Source of the DNA: Planctomycetota bacterium
GTDB taxonomy: Bacteria > Planctomycetota > B15-G4
Assembly (NCBI GenBank): GCA_029259745.1
Contig: JAJDEO010000069.1
Coordinates: 129,983-193,982, forward strand
DNA length: 64,000 bases
Reading direction: 5' to 3'
Part shown: piece after piece, positions 1 to 10,005 of the stretch
Layout of the letters: each line of letters opens with the position of its first letter
Position numbering within the stretch: the stretch's first letter is position 1
Program-made: the position numbers and the translations under genes
Notes under the pieces: model-generated
What the model saw: the letters and a program-made list of their open reading frames with translations, nothing else
The model's database searches: none
What the model was told of the DNA's origin: nothing

Positions 1-128
1 AAGTGGTGATACCACTCGTAGTCCATGTTCGCCGCGACGAGCGCCGCGACGACACCGAGCATCAAGGGGATCGAGAGCTCGGTGAAGAGCTGAAGGAGGC
101 GCTTGCTGTTCTTAGGGTCGGAACTCAC
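1..128 (-). CDS. partial CDS (5' end only), NhaA-like Na+/H+ antiporter N-terminus
   Basis: Minus-strand frame from GTG at 128..126 reads MSSDPKNSKRLLQLFTELSIPLMLGVVAALVAANMDYEWYHH, resembling the NhaA N-terminal TM helix. It runs off the window edge, 25 nt downstream of the GNAT stop, and is too short for the ORF track. Confidence 0.35.
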   Translation of the reverse strand, partial: MSSDPKNSKRLLQLFTELSIPLMLGVVAALVAANMDYEWYHH

Positions 129-152
129 GTCGCTCGTCCGTCGTCGGGGCGG

Positions 153-1211
153 TCAGTAGATGTCGGAATCACCCATCGTGACGGCCCAGTGCTGCTTGGC
201 CATCGCGGGGGACAGTCCCTCACCAAACGTCATGATGCAGAGGTTGAAGCGCGAGTCCTCGCGCGTCAGACCGAGGCTCGGGAGGGTACCGAAGAGAGGG
301 GTCGGAGGGGTCGTCCAGGTTTCGATCCTCGTGCCGCCGTGGGCAAGCGTGGTCCGCCCCACCGAGGCGAGGAGCGCCGCCGTGACAGCCCGATCGCTGC
401 CGTCGCCGAACCAGTCGACGATCGGAACGACGGGCTGCCCGGCCCATCCCAGACGGTAGATCGCGGCCCCGACCAACGCGCCGTCGCGCTGAGCGAGGGC
501 CGCGCGATAGGTCACATGACTCGTCGCTCGGTAGCGCCAAGCGAGGTAGTCGGGGTCTTTCCAGATCGTCAGCGCTTGCGGGTCGAGGTGTCGCTCGAAG
601 AGCGCGGCGAGCTCACCGATCACGACCTCGGGCGCGATGCCCGTGCCCGCGACGTCGGCGCTGCCGTCCCAGTCGATGACGTCGATGCCCGCGCCGGCGG
701 CCTCGTCGAGCGTCGCGATCCATCCGTCGTCCACCGTCGCCACGAGGCTCGGCATCGGGCAGTGGACGGGCTTGTAGCCGATGATGCGTGTCCCGACGGG
801 GAAGGCCTGCTCGTTGGGAAGGCCCCACATGTAGACGTCGAACGGATCGCGCCCCGGCGTGCTGTAGTACGCGATCATCTCCGTGGCAATCGTCACGAAG
901 ACACTCTTCTTGCTGAGCCGTCCGCGGTAGCGCTTGTCGACACAGGTGTCGACGGCTTGCATCGACATCTTGCGCTCGCCGCGATCGGCGCAATACGCGG
1001 GAATCGCCGAGTAGTTCGCGATCACGTCGCCGTCCGGGTCCGTGCCGACGAACGTCTGCACGCCGGCCGGATTGTCGAGGTAGATCGCGCGCCACTCCTC
1101 CACCGTGCGTCCCGCAAAGTCCGGGTTCCCCTCCGAGAACACAGCGTTGAAGAGGGACACGATCCCCTCCTCATCACCGGGTTCGTAGGGGCGGACGGTG
1201 AAGGAACTCAT
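153..1211 (-). CDS. GNAT-family N-acetyltransferase, two-domain
   Basis: ORF 153..1448 trimmed to ATG 1211 (MSSFTVRPYEPGDEEGIVSLFNAVF...). N-terminal GNAT fold motif; high GC3; trimmed start region is a low-quality frame. Confidence 0.65.
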   Translation of the reverse strand: MSSFTVRPYEPGDEEGIVSLFNAVFSEGNPDFAGRTVEEWRAIYLDNPAGVQTFVGTDPDGDVIANYSAIPAYCADRGERKMSMQAVDTCVDKRYRGRLSKKSVFVTIATEMIAYYSTPGRDPFDVYMWGLPNEQAFPVGTRIIGYKPVHCPMPSLVATVDDGWIATLDEAAGAGIDVIDWDGSADVAGTGIAPEVVIGELAALFERHLDPQALTIWKDPDYLAWRYRATSHVTYRAALAQRDGALVGAAIYRLGWAGQPVVPIVDWFGDGSDRAVTAALLASVGRTTLAHGGTRIETWTTPPTPLFGTLPSLGLTREDSRFNLCIMTFGEGLSPAMAKQHWAVTMGDSDIY

Positions 1212-1377
1212 CGGACACGGGGCTCGGACGGGCAAGATCGGGGCCGGAATCGAGCCACGAAGAATGGGAATCCAGGCCGTCGAGGGCAAGGAGATCTCTG
1301 CCGGCGACACGGCGCACATCCGTCTGGCGCCGTTCGGCGTGAACCGAAGCGCCCGATCCGAGCGAGAACTGCGCGCG

Positions 1378-1986
1378 TCAGAGCGTCTGGAGGACGAACG
1401 CGACCGTGCCGGCGGTGGCCGCCACGCCGACGAGGGCGAAGAGTCCATCGCGCCCGATCAGCGCCAGACCGAAGGTCACCACGCCCAGCGCGGGGACCGT
1501 CGATCCCCACGGAACGAGCTCCAGCGGAACCATGCACATCCCGAGAACGCTCGCCGCCACGGCGATGGCAGCCCGCTGAGGCGCTTCTCTGGTGAGGAAG
1601 TTCAGGCGTGGCTTGAGGCAGGCATCGATTCGTGCGGCCCACGGGCGGCCCTTCTCGACGGCCGACCGGAGCTTCTCTTCGTCGACCTCGCGATCCCCCA
1701 GAGCGCCGGGCAGTCGGAAGCAGCCCTTGCCCACGAGCGTGCGCAGGGACATCGCGACGATGAGCAAGCCCAACACGACCGAGATCCCGGGAATGCCGCC
1801 GACGAGGGGAAGCGCGGCGATCGCGCCGAGCACCGTGAGGAGCGCGCCGAGGGAGCGATCCGCGAACGTGTCGAGGACGTCGTTGATGGACACCGCGCCG
1901 CCGTCGCCGGCCGACTCGAGTTCGTCGAGGATGTCCTCCAGCGTGCGCAGGTCGTCGCCCCCGCCCGACTGCTCGTCGTCTGACAT
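1378..1986 (-). CDS. ExoD-family exopolysaccharide synthesis membrane protein
   Basis: ORF 1378..2025 trimmed to ATG 1986 (MSDDEQSGGGDD...). ExoD-like layout with TM helices (ALLTVLGAIAALPLVGGIPGISVVLGLLIV). Confidence 0.7.
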   Translation of the reverse strand: MSDDEQSGGGDDLRTLEDILDELESAGDGGAVSINDVLDTFADRSLGALLTVLGAIAALPLVGGIPGISVVLGLLIVAMSLRTLVGKGCFRLPGALGDREVDEEKLRSAVEKGRPWAARIDACLKPRLNFLTREAPQRAAIAVAASVLGMCMVPLELVPWGSTVPALGVVTFGLALIGRDGLFALVGVAATAGTVAFVLQTL

Positions 1987-2071
1987 CTCGCCATCTCTCT
2001 GGGGACGCGGACGGCTTCGATGCACGCCGCCCCCGCGCGTTTCAGCGCAGCGCCGGGCTGCAACGTCGCAG

Positions 2072-3865
2072 TCACGGGCGCAGGTGTTCGCGCAGGTGGT
2101 ACGTGCCCGCGCGGACGACGGCCTCGAGGCTGCGCCAATGCGTCACGGCAACCGTGGGATCGTCGCCGAGCACGAGGATGTCGGCGATCGCGCCGGGCAC
2201 GATGCGACCGAGATCGTCGCCGCGACCGATCGCGCGCGCTGCGTCGAAGGTCGCAGCACGGAGGACGTCGCTGGGCGGCAGACCCGCTGCCCCCATGGCC
2301 TCGAGTTCGGGGAACACGGACGGGCCGTGCAGCGTCAGCGGGTTGCCGGCGTCGGTGCCCATGACGATCGGAACGCCGGCGGCATGGAGCCGGCGGAGGT
2401 TCTCCGCCATCGTCCGAGCGGCGCGTTCGTCGCGTTCGGCCGAGGCAGCGCGTGCCGCGGGCGAACGCATGCGTGCGTCGATCGTGAGTTCGGTCGTCTC
2501 GCGCACGCGCGCCGCGATCGACGGATGTACGGCATCGAGCTGTGCCTGCAACTCGTCCGTAAGCTCACCGTGGCGCAGGGACGTGTAGCCGTCGCGAACG
2601 GTCAAGGTTGGGCAATAGAAGACGCCCGCGGCGGCCGCGGCCTGCACGAAGGCCTCGTCGACGAGGCGGTCCTCGACGGAGTGCACGAGCAGCCGCGCGC
2701 CGAGTTCGACGGCGACGCGCGCCGTCTCGAGCTGCGTAGCGTGAACAACGACAGGCAGCCCGACCGACGCGGCCGCATCGAAGACCTGCTCGACGAGCGG
2801 GCGGTGGCGCTCGACGTCGCCGGGCGTCCGGATGACGTACCAGATCTTGATCGCATCGCTGCCCGCAGCGAGGTGCCCGCGCACGGCTTCTTCCACGCGC
2901 AGCTCGGGCGCGAGGTACACGAACTGGCGCGCGTCAGGCAGCCAGGCACCGAGCGCCTCGCGCGTGACGTCGAACGTCGAGAAGAGCGCACCCGTGGCGA
3001 CGACGTGCGGTGCGTCGGCAGCCAGCTCGGTGCGCTCGCCGAGCCGACGCGTCCACGGGTAGCCGCCGACGTCGAACACGGCCGTGATGCCGCTGTGCAG
3101 GAACGCACGGTGGAAGCGCTCGGGGTGGGCTTCGAGCGCCGCCATGGCCTCGTGGTACGGGTAGCGGTCGCGCATGTCGCGGGCATCGGGTCGCCCGTCG
3201 GCCCAGCCCGTCTGGCTGTAGTGGACGTGCGTGTCGACGAGGCCCGGCGTGAGGTGCTTGCCCGCGACGTCGACGACGTCGACACCGTCGGGCACTTGCA
3301 CCGACGCAGCCGGTCCGACAGCCTCGATGCGCCCGTCGCGCAGCAGCACGACGGCGTCGTCGATGCGCGCCTCGCCCGTGCCGTCATGCACCGTGCCGCC
3401 GACAAGCGCGATCGGCGGCGCCAGGGTCCCGTCCCCCGCCTCGAAGGCCGTCGTGACGACGATGAACCACTCGCCGTTCGTGCGTTGGAAGAGCCGCTCG
3501 GAGAGACCGCTCGCAACCTCGCTGCCGCGCCACGTCGTGTAGCGATACGTGCCGTAGACGAGCCCCTCGCCGATCCAGCTCAACGAGACGTCGCGCGCGA
3601 TGAGCGCGTCAGGCCACGAGTCATCGCCCGTCGCCGGTGTGCCGGCCGCCAAGGGTTCGAAGCCGAGGTCGAAGCCATCCGCGCCCGCGCGCACGAGACG
3701 CGCGTCGGGCCGGTAGCAGGAGAGGTACGCCTCGCGGTCGCGCTCCTGGATCGCCGTGATGTTGCGATCGAAGACGGCGCGCGCCGCGGCGAGATCAGCA
3801 GCCTCGTCGGCGAGGAGACACGGGGCGGCGAGGGTCAACGACAACAGGATGGACAGCCACGACAT
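2072..3865 (-). CDS. secreted amidohydrolase-family protein with N-terminal NTF2/DUF4440-like domain
   Basis: ATG at 3865 gives signal peptide MSWLSILLSLTLAAPCLLA. Amidohydrolase metal-binding motifs (LTPGLVDTHVHY ... GTDAGNP). Confidence 0.75.
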   Translation of the reverse strand: MSWLSILLSLTLAAPCLLADEAADLAAARAVFDRNITAIQERDREAYLSCYRPDARLVRAGADGFDLGFEPLAAGTPATGDDSWPDALIARDVSLSWIGEGLVYGTYRYTTWRGSEVASGLSERLFQRTNGEWFIVVTTAFEAGDGTLAPPIALVGGTVHDGTGEARIDDAVVLLRDGRIEAVGPAASVQVPDGVDVVDVAGKHLTPGLVDTHVHYSQTGWADGRPDARDMRDRYPYHEAMAALEAHPERFHRAFLHSGITAVFDVGGYPWTRRLGERTELAADAPHVVATGALFSTFDVTREALGAWLPDARQFVYLAPELRVEEAVRGHLAAGSDAIKIWYVIRTPGDVERHRPLVEQVFDAAASVGLPVVVHATQLETARVAVELGARLLVHSVEDRLVDEAFVQAAAAAGVFYCPTLTVRDGYTSLRHGELTDELQAQLDAVHPSIAARVRETTELTIDARMRSPAARAASAERDERAARTMAENLRRLHAAGVPIVMGTDAGNPLTLHGPSVFPELEAMGAAGLPPSDVLRAATFDAARAIGRGDDLGRIVPGAIADILVLGDDPTVAVTHWRSLEAVVRAGTYHLREHLRP

Positions 3866-3991
3866 GATCACCTCGCTCGGGATGGAGAAGGGCGACACGA
3901 TACACGTCGCGAATGTGCCATGCCGCTGGGCGGCGCCCTCGAGGTGCGCGTGCACCCCGAACGCGCGGCGCGCGCCACCGAACTCTCGCAG

Positions 3992-6454
3992 TCAGGGAAC
4001 GCTGACTTCGACGCCGTCCGACGCGACCCAGCCCTTGGACGCCGAGGCATCGGGCAGCCATACCTGAAGCCAGAAACGCGTGTCCGCCGGAACGCCTGGC
4101 GGCCAGGGTCCGCTGGCGGACCATTGACCATTGGCGTCGGTCGCCACGCCGGGAATGAGGACATCGATGTTGGGAACGAGCACGCCGCCGGCAAGCGGCG
4201 CGTCGAGCTGCGCGAAGCCGAGCACCACAAACCCGCGCGCCAGTGCCGGGCCGCTGGTGACGACCAGCGCCGTATCGCTGCCCATCGTCAGCGAACCCTG
4301 GAGCTTCATCAGCGGCTCACCGTCGCCGCCTGCAACGCCACCGCCAACGGGCATGGTCGCAGGCTCCGCGATGAAGGGCGAAATCGTCATCTGGTTGTTC
4401 TGGCGCCCCACGGTGATGACGTCGAGGCGGCCGTCGCCAGTCATATCGGCGACTTCGAGATAGTCGGACCGAGCCGTGACGAGCCGCTCGGTCGCGCCGA
4501 AGCCCTCGCGCACGCCATAGAGCACGCGCGGCGCCTGGTACTGCCAGTCGGCGGCCACGAGGTCGAGATGTCCGTCGTTGTCCACATCGACAGCCGACAT
4601 GTCCCGCAGCCGTCCACCGACATCGAATGTCTCGCGCGCCAGTTCGCCGCGCTGCCCGTCGCCGTAGTGCACTTCGATGATCCCGTTGTCCGTGCAGACC
4701 GCGAAGTCGATGTTGCCGTCGTCGTTGAAGTCACCCGCAGCGCCACCGCGGATGTCCGCGATCGAGTCCCAGATCACGATCTCCTCGCTCGGCTCGAGGT
4801 ACACGACCCACACCTGCGCTTCGGTGGTTTTGGCGAGCATGACGTCGAGGTGGCCGTCGGCGTCGACGTCTGCCACGTCGACATCCATGCTGCTGCCGTA
4901 CTCGGTCAGCGGCGAGAACCCTCCCAGCCCATCGCCGAGTGCCGTGCGCGTGGAGCCAACGAGGTCGACATTGTCGTCACCGTCGAGATCGATGATCTTC
5001 ATGGCACCGACGCTGTCGATCGTCGGCAGCTTCTTGAAGACACCGTTGTCGGCCAACGCGATCTCCGTCTTCTCGCCCGCGATGACGACGTCTTGGTCAC
5101 CATCGCGATCGAGGTCGCCGAGGCGTAGGTAGCTGGGAAACTGCATCGTGCTCTCGATGACCCAACCGAGTTCCGTCGCACCTGTCCCGTCGTTCTCGAG
5201 CCCCATGATGAAGTCGCAGACGTACTGGTGCGGGATCATCGCATCGATGTCGCCGTCACCATCGATGTCCGCGACGTCGAAGTTCTCTGGACTCATGTCG
5301 TACGTGGTGCTGACGTGTGCCTCGGCGAACGTGGCATCGCCGAGTCCGCGCAACCACGTCACGCCGATCGACGTCTGCATGACGAGATCGAGGACTCCGT
5401 CGCTGTCGACGTCCGCCGGTTCGACAAAGAACGAGCTCAGCGTCTCGCCAGTGAACACAGTCGTGAACACACCCGTGCCGTCACCGAGCGCCACGCGCAG
5501 GACGGGCTGTGCTTGGAAGGGCAGCGCTCGCGGTTGTGAGACCACGATGAGGTCGAGCAGGCCGTCGCCATCGGCGTCGCCGAGGCTGATCTCCGTGATC
5601 ACGTCGCCGTCCCAGTCACCGGACACCGCGGCGGCCGGAAGCAACGTGCCCGACGGGTCGCCGACGAGCACGCGAACCGTCGTCAAGTCGACTTCGATCA
5701 AGACGTCGGGACGCGCATCGCCGTCGACATCACCGACCGTCAGGCAGCGGATTTGACCTCCGACGGGAAAAACCTCGGGCATCGAGAACTGTCCGGTGCC
5801 GTCGCCGAGGTGGAGGTTCAACGCATCGTTGTCTTCGTCGGTGATGAGCAGATCGTCGAACCCGTCGGCGTCGATGTCCGCGACGGCGAGGTAGGCGATA
5901 TAGCCCGTGGCAATCTGCGCGACGGGCGCGAAGGCACCGGTTCCGTCTCCGAGTAGGATTGCGCAGGTCGAGCCTTGCTGAGCCACCGCGAGGTCGGCAA
6001 AGCCGTCGAGGTTGAAGTCACTCGAGAGGAAGTCGAACGACGTCGTGACGCTCGCCGACGACACCTCGGTCCATCCGCCGGCGCCGTCGTCGAGCAGCGA
6101 GAGCAACGTGAGGCCGGAGCCGATCGTGACGACGTCGAGTCCGAACTGTCCATCGACGTCGGCGGCCACGGCCTTCACGAGCCCACTGAACGGTGGATTC
6201 GTCACTCCGACGTGCTCGACGTCGAACGCTCCCCAGCCGTCGCCATGCAGCACCGAGATCGTGCCGTCAAACGGCGACGCGACGCCGATCAAACTCGGGA
6301 TCACGACATCGAGTCGCGCATCTCCGTTGAGGTCGGCGAGCGCGAACTGCCCCGGCGTCCGACCCGATGCGAGCCGCGGGAATGCCGCAACGTCGTCAGC
6401 CTGTGCACCCAGCCCCAACGCCAGGACGGCGGCGACGATGACGTGCGCACGCAT
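3992..6454 (-). CDS. secreted FG-GAP/VCBS-repeat protein with conserved ~95-aa C-terminal module
   Basis: ATG at 6454 (MRAHVIVAAVLALGLGAQA signal peptide). Numerous D-rich FG-GAP-like repeats (DxDGDG, VADxDGDG). C-terminal domain shared with 56651..58312 and 16779..17249. Confidence 0.75.
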   Translation of the reverse strand: MRAHVIVAAVLALGLGAQADDVAAFPRLASGRTPGQFALADLNGDARLDVVIPSLIGVASPFDGTISVLHGDGWGAFDVEHVGVTNPPFSGLVKAVAADVDGQFGLDVVTIGSGLTLLSLLDDGAGGWTEVSSASVTTSFDFLSSDFNLDGFADLAVAQQGSTCAILLGDGTGAFAPVAQIATGYIAYLAVADIDADGFDDLLITDEDNDALNLHLGDGTGQFSMPEVFPVGGQIRCLTVGDVDGDARPDVLIEVDLTTVRVLVGDPSGTLLPAAAVSGDWDGDVITEISLGDADGDGLLDLIVVSQPRALPFQAQPVLRVALGDGTGVFTTVFTGETLSSFFVEPADVDSDGVLDLVMQTSIGVTWLRGLGDATFAEAHVSTTYDMSPENFDVADIDGDGDIDAMIPHQYVCDFIMGLENDGTGATELGWVIESTMQFPSYLRLGDLDRDGDQDVVIAGEKTEIALADNGVFKKLPTIDSVGAMKIIDLDGDDNVDLVGSTRTALGDGLGGFSPLTEYGSSMDVDVADVDADGHLDVMLAKTTEAQVWVVYLEPSEEIVIWDSIADIRGGAAGDFNDDGNIDFAVCTDNGIIEVHYGDGQRGELARETFDVGGRLRDMSAVDVDNDGHLDLVAADWQYQAPRVLYGVREGFGATERLVTARSDYLEVADMTGDGRLDVITVGRQNNQMTISPFIAEPATMPVGGGVAGGDGEPLMKLQGSLTMGSDTALVVTSGPALARGFVVLGFAQLDAPLAGGVLVPNIDVLIPGVATDANGQWSASGPWPPGVPADTRFWLQVWLPDASASKGWVASDGVEVSVP

Positions 6455-6540
6455 GACTCGAGCTCCCCAAGGGCTGGACGTTGCCGACCAGGATAGCACG
6501 CATGTTGCGGCCCTTGGTTGCGCTCCAAGCGCGGCGTCGC

Positions 6541-7515
6541 TCAGCCGCGCCAGACCTCGCGCACGACTTCCTTGATGCGGTCGATCGCTTCTTGCGGCTG
6601 CTCGTTCTTCTTCATCGTGCGCACTTCTTCCCAGCCGCGGATGGCCGTCATGATCTTGGCCGTCCACGTACCGCGCCACCCGTACGTCTTGCGGAAGTAC
6701 GCGAGGCGGTTCTTGTGCCAGATCGCGCCGAACTCGGGGAACTGGCTCGTGCTCTTGCCCTCGTGATGCAAGATGCGAGCCTCGGCGATGTAGGCCACTT
6801 TCCAGCCGCGCTCGTGCGCGCGACGGCAGAGGTCGACGTCATTGAAGAAGAGCCACAGCGCGGGGTCGAAGCCGCCCAGGGTTTCCCAGAGCTCGCGCCG
6901 GATGACGAGTGCGGCGCCGGGTGGCTGGTCGACATCACGACTTGTCGTGTGGTCGAAATCGGCCATGAAGTAGCGCGGGATCTCTTTGTTCTTCGGGAAC
7001 TTGCGATCGAAGATCGTGTCGAAGAAGAACGCTGTGCGCAGCGTGGGGAAGGTCTTGCAGGACAGCTGCGGCGTGCCGTCGGGGTGGTCGAGGCGCGGGG
7101 CGCAGATGCCGTGGCCGGGGTGGTCGTCGAGGAAGGTGACGAGCGTCGTGAGCGCGCCGGGCGGCACTTCGGTGTCGCTGTTGAGCGTCATCACGTAGTC
7201 GCCGATTGCTTCGCGCGCGCCGATGTTGTTGCCGATCGCGTAGCCGTCGTTCTGGCCGTTGCGGATCAGGCGGAACTCGTCGAACTCCGCAGCCACCATG
7301 TCGGCGCTGTCGTCGGCGCTGTCGTTGTCGACGACGATCACCTCGAACGGCAACTCGCCGGCAACGGCACGCAGCGAGGCCAGGCACGCACGCAGCAAAT
7401 CCACCGTGTTCCAACTGAGGACCACGATCGAGAGGCGCGGCGCGCTGGCCGGGTGGACAGTCAAAGGCAGCTCGCCGTCAGGCGTGGACGAGGCCCGCCG
7501 ACGCGATCGTCGCAT
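6541..7515 (-). CDS. family 2 glycosyltransferase
   Basis: LSIVVLSWNTVDLLRACLASL ... VVDNDSADDS ... GYAIGNNIG are GT2 (GT-A, DxD) hallmarks. Confidence 0.8.
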   Translation of the reverse strand: MRRSRRRASSTPDGELPLTVHPASAPRLSIVVLSWNTVDLLRACLASLRAVAGELPFEVIVVDNDSADDSADMVAAEFDEFRLIRNGQNDGYAIGNNIGAREAIGDYVMTLNSDTEVPPGALTTLVTFLDDHPGHGICAPRLDHPDGTPQLSCKTFPTLRTAFFFDTIFDRKFPKNKEIPRYFMADFDHTTSRDVDQPPGAALVIRRELWETLGGFDPALWLFFNDVDLCRRAHERGWKVAYIAEARILHHEGKSTSQFPEFGAIWHKNRLAYFRKTYGWRGTWTAKIMTAIRGWEEVRTMKKNEQPQEAIDRIKEVVREVWRG

Positions 7516-8668
7516 CGGTGGGCTGCGATTCGCCGACCTTCGTCATCGAGACCATGTGGATGACCTCGAAGTCCTTGCGGCGCAGGAAACGCACGTAGTA
7601 CGTGGCCGGCACGAGGCCGTCCCAGACCGACGCCGGGATCTTGAAGTTGCGCGTGATGTCGAGGCGACCGGCCGCGAAGACGAAGCCCGGATCGGCCGAG
7701 ATCTCGGCGAGGTAGGCGCCGCTGCCCGGCACGTCGAGCACGGGTGCGGTCTCGCGTTCACCGAGGTCGACGACGTCGGCGAACGAGTGGCCCGCACCGT
7801 GACCCGAGCCGGTCCAGAGCTGGTAGGCGCCGTAGCCGAGGCTGCCGAGGACGCTGTAGCGGTTCTTGAAGAAGCGTCGGCGTGACACCTCGTAGCGGGA
7901 CATCGACGCGGCCTGTGCCTGCCCCGCGCTGCGGTTGAAGAAGTGCACGGCCTCGGCGCGTGGCACGAGGTCGGTGGTGAAACCGCGACGCTGCAAGCGC
8001 AGGCAGAGGTCGGCGTCTTCGAAGTAGAAAGGGTAGTCGGCGTCGAAGGGCCCGAGATCGCGCGCGAGGTCGGCGTCCATCACCATGCAGAAGCCCGAGA
8101 TCATCGAACTCGAAAGCGGCTCCGTGGCCGTCCACGACTCGACGGCGCGACGGCTGCGCTCGCGCGCGTGGCGCTTGCCCCACGACGTCGTCGTGCGCGC
8201 AAGGCCCTCGGACGTGAGTTCGCACAGCGACGGCAACTCGACGGGCGGCAGCAGGAAGAAGCGCTGCGCATCGAGGTAGCCGCGCGGGCCCACCAGACCA
8301 CACCCGTCGGCCTCGCGCAGATGGTTCAACAGCGCCTCGACGGCACCGCGGAACAGCATCACGTCGGGGTTCGTCATCATGACGTAGCGCCCGCGCGCCG
8401 CCTCGGCCGCGAGGTTCATCGCCGCGCCGTAGCCCGCGTTCTGCGCCGAGCGGATCAGGTTCACGCCCCGGTCGGCATCGAGCGCGGCGAGGTGTTCCTC
8501 CTCGTCGGCACCCGACGCGTTGTCGACCACGATGACCTCGAGCGAGCCCGGCTCGCCGTCGTCACCGTAGAAGACCTGCTTGCGGAGGTTCTCGACGAGT
8601 GCGCGCGTCATCGCGCCACTCTTCCAGTTGACGATCAGCGCGGAGAGGACAGGAGCGGCCGTCATCAC
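7478..8668 (-). CDS. family 2 glycosyltransferase
   Basis: SALIVNWKSGAMTRALVENL ... VVDNASGADEE ... NAGYGAAMN are GT2 hallmarks. 38-nt overlap with the downstream GT2. Confidence 0.8.
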   Translation of the reverse strand: MMTAAPVLSALIVNWKSGAMTRALVENLRKQVFYGDDGEPGSLEVIVVDNASGADEEEHLAALDADRGVNLIRSAQNAGYGAAMNLAAEAARGRYVMMTNPDVMLFRGAVEALLNHLREADGCGLVGPRGYLDAQRFFLLPPVELPSLCELTSEGLARTTTSWGKRHARERSRRAVESWTATEPLSSSMISGFCMVMDADLARDLGPFDADYPFYFEDADLCLRLQRRGFTTDLVPRAEAVHFFNRSAGQAQAASMSRYEVSRRRFFKNRYSVLGSLGYGAYQLWTGSGHGAGHSFADVVDLGERETAPVLDVPGSGAYLAEISADPGFVFAAGRLDITRNFKIPASVWDGLVPATYYVRFLRRKDFEVIHMVSMTKVGESQPTDATIASAGLVHA

Positions 8669-10005
8669 GGACTCTCAGGTTCAGGGGAAGCGTCAGGGGA
8701 TTCGGAGGACTCATCGAGCGGAGGCACGAGCTCTTCATCGATCGCGAAGCGGTGATGGAGACGCACGAGCCCGGGCATGTTCACGTCGAGCGTCACGAGG
8801 ACGTTCTTCTCGACCTGCCGATGATCGTACATGTGGACGCCGTGCTCATCGAACAGGTAGCCGACAACCGTGTATTCGCCCTCGTTCAGGCGCAGATCGG
8901 GCAGCTCGACGCGGGCGGTGTGCTCGCCGACGTCCCAGAGGGTGGGAAGCCCTTCGAGCATCGAGTTGAACGTGGCCGCGAGAACGTTGTCCGTGCGGAA
9001 GATCGCCGCCCCGACGTTGACGCCGTTGCCGGCCTGGCGCACGCGGAAGGAGAGCTCGAAGACGAGGTCGGTCCCGATCGGGACGGTGTCCGGCATCGGA
9101 CGATGGGACGTCTCGTCGCGGACGTAGAGGCGACAGGAGTCGATGCAGGGCAGGTTGTCGCCCGAGGCCTGCTCGTGCCCCGCGACGTGCTCGTTGGGGT
9201 CGTTGTCGAGCGAGCGCTCGTAGTTCGCGTACTTGAGCGTGACATCCTGCGGCAGGCCGAGCATCTCGGCGCGACCGTCCTTGATCCAGATGACCTGGTC
9301 GCAGATCTGGCGCACGTCGTAGAGGCTGTGGCTGCAGAAGAGGATCGTCTTGCCGCGCTTGCGGAAGTCGAAGATGCGGTCGATGCACTTCTTCTGGAAG
9401 TACAGATCCCCCACCGCCAGGATCTCGTCGATGATCAGGACGTCGGGGTCGATCGCCGTGGCGACGCTGAACCCCAGCCGCATGATCATGCCGGAGCTGT
9501 ACGTGCGGATCGGCTGGTCGATGAACTCACCGAGCTCGGCGAAGTCGATGATCTCGTCGAGCTTGTCTTCGATCTTGGCCTTCGAGAAGCCCTGCACCTG
9601 CGCCGCGAGGTAGATGTTCGCGCGGCCCGTGAACTCGGAGTGGAAGCCCGTGCCCAGCTCGAGCAGGCTCGCGACGTTGCCCTTGATCTCGAAGGACCCC
9701 TCGGTGGGCATCGATGTGCCCGCGAGGATCTTCAGCAGCGTCGACTTGCCCGCGCCGTTCTCGCCGATGATCCCGAGGGCCTTGCCGTGCGGGACACCGA
9801 AGCTGACGTCGGAGAGCGCCACGTGCGGCTTGTGGTACTTCTTGCGCGTGAAACTCAGCGCCTCCTTCATGCGCGCCATCGAACTCGGATAGAGCCGATA
9901 CGTCTTGCCGAGGTTGCGGGCGATGATCGCGTAGTCGGTGTCGGCGTCGAGATCGAGCGCCAGACCCGGCTCCTGCGTTTCGTCGATGTTACGGATGCCG
10001 GCCAT
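8665..10005 (-). CDS. ABC transporter ATP-binding protein, Wzt/TagH-like polysaccharide exporter
   Basis: Walker A GENGAGKST and ABC signature LSGGQ-like YSSGMIMRLGF. C-terminal extra domain as in Wzt (O-antigen/teichoic acid export). Stop overlaps the next gene. Confidence 0.85.
   Translation of the reverse strand: MAGIRNIDETQEPGLALDLDADTDYAIIARNLGKTYRLYPSSMARMKEALSFTRKKYHKPHVALSDVSFGVPHGKALGIIGENGAGKSTLLKILAGTSMPTEGSFEIKGNVASLLELGTGFHSEFTGRANIYLAAQVQGFSKAKIEDKLDEIIDFAELGEFIDQPIRTYSSGMIMRLGFSVATAIDPDVLIIDEILAVGDLYFQKKCIDRIFDFRKRGKTILFCSHSLYDVRQICDQVIWIKDGRAEMLGLPQDVTLKYANYERSLDNDPNEHVAGHEQASGDNLPCIDSCRLYVRDETSHRPMPDTVPIGTDLVFELSFRVRQAGNGVNVGAAIFRTDNVLAATFNSMLEGLPTLWDVGEHTARVELPDLRLNEGEYTVVGYLFDEHGVHMYDHRQVEKNVLVTLDVNMPGLVRLHHRFAIDEELVPPLDESSESPDASPEPESP

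Noticed and set aside
3-1595. 530-aa plus-strand ORF and many other long R/A/P/G-rich ORFs (e.g. 1592..5128, 20693..21916, 25122..26873, 35759..37621, 42181..45513, 12155..13009)
   Set aside because: Arg/Ala/Pro-dominated low-complexity translations, antisense or frame-shifted relative to genes with clear domains, and poor third-position GC. These are stop-free artefacts of ~70% GC DNA. Only the short 3' part of 42181..45513 (SurA-like, from 44434) is real.
3992-4290. Possibility that the shared C-terminal module is a T9SS CTD, PEP-CTERM or LPXTG sorting signal
   Set aside because: No PNP/K-terminal T9SS motifs, no PEP motif with a TM/basic tail, no LPXTG. Kept only as an uncharacterised module.
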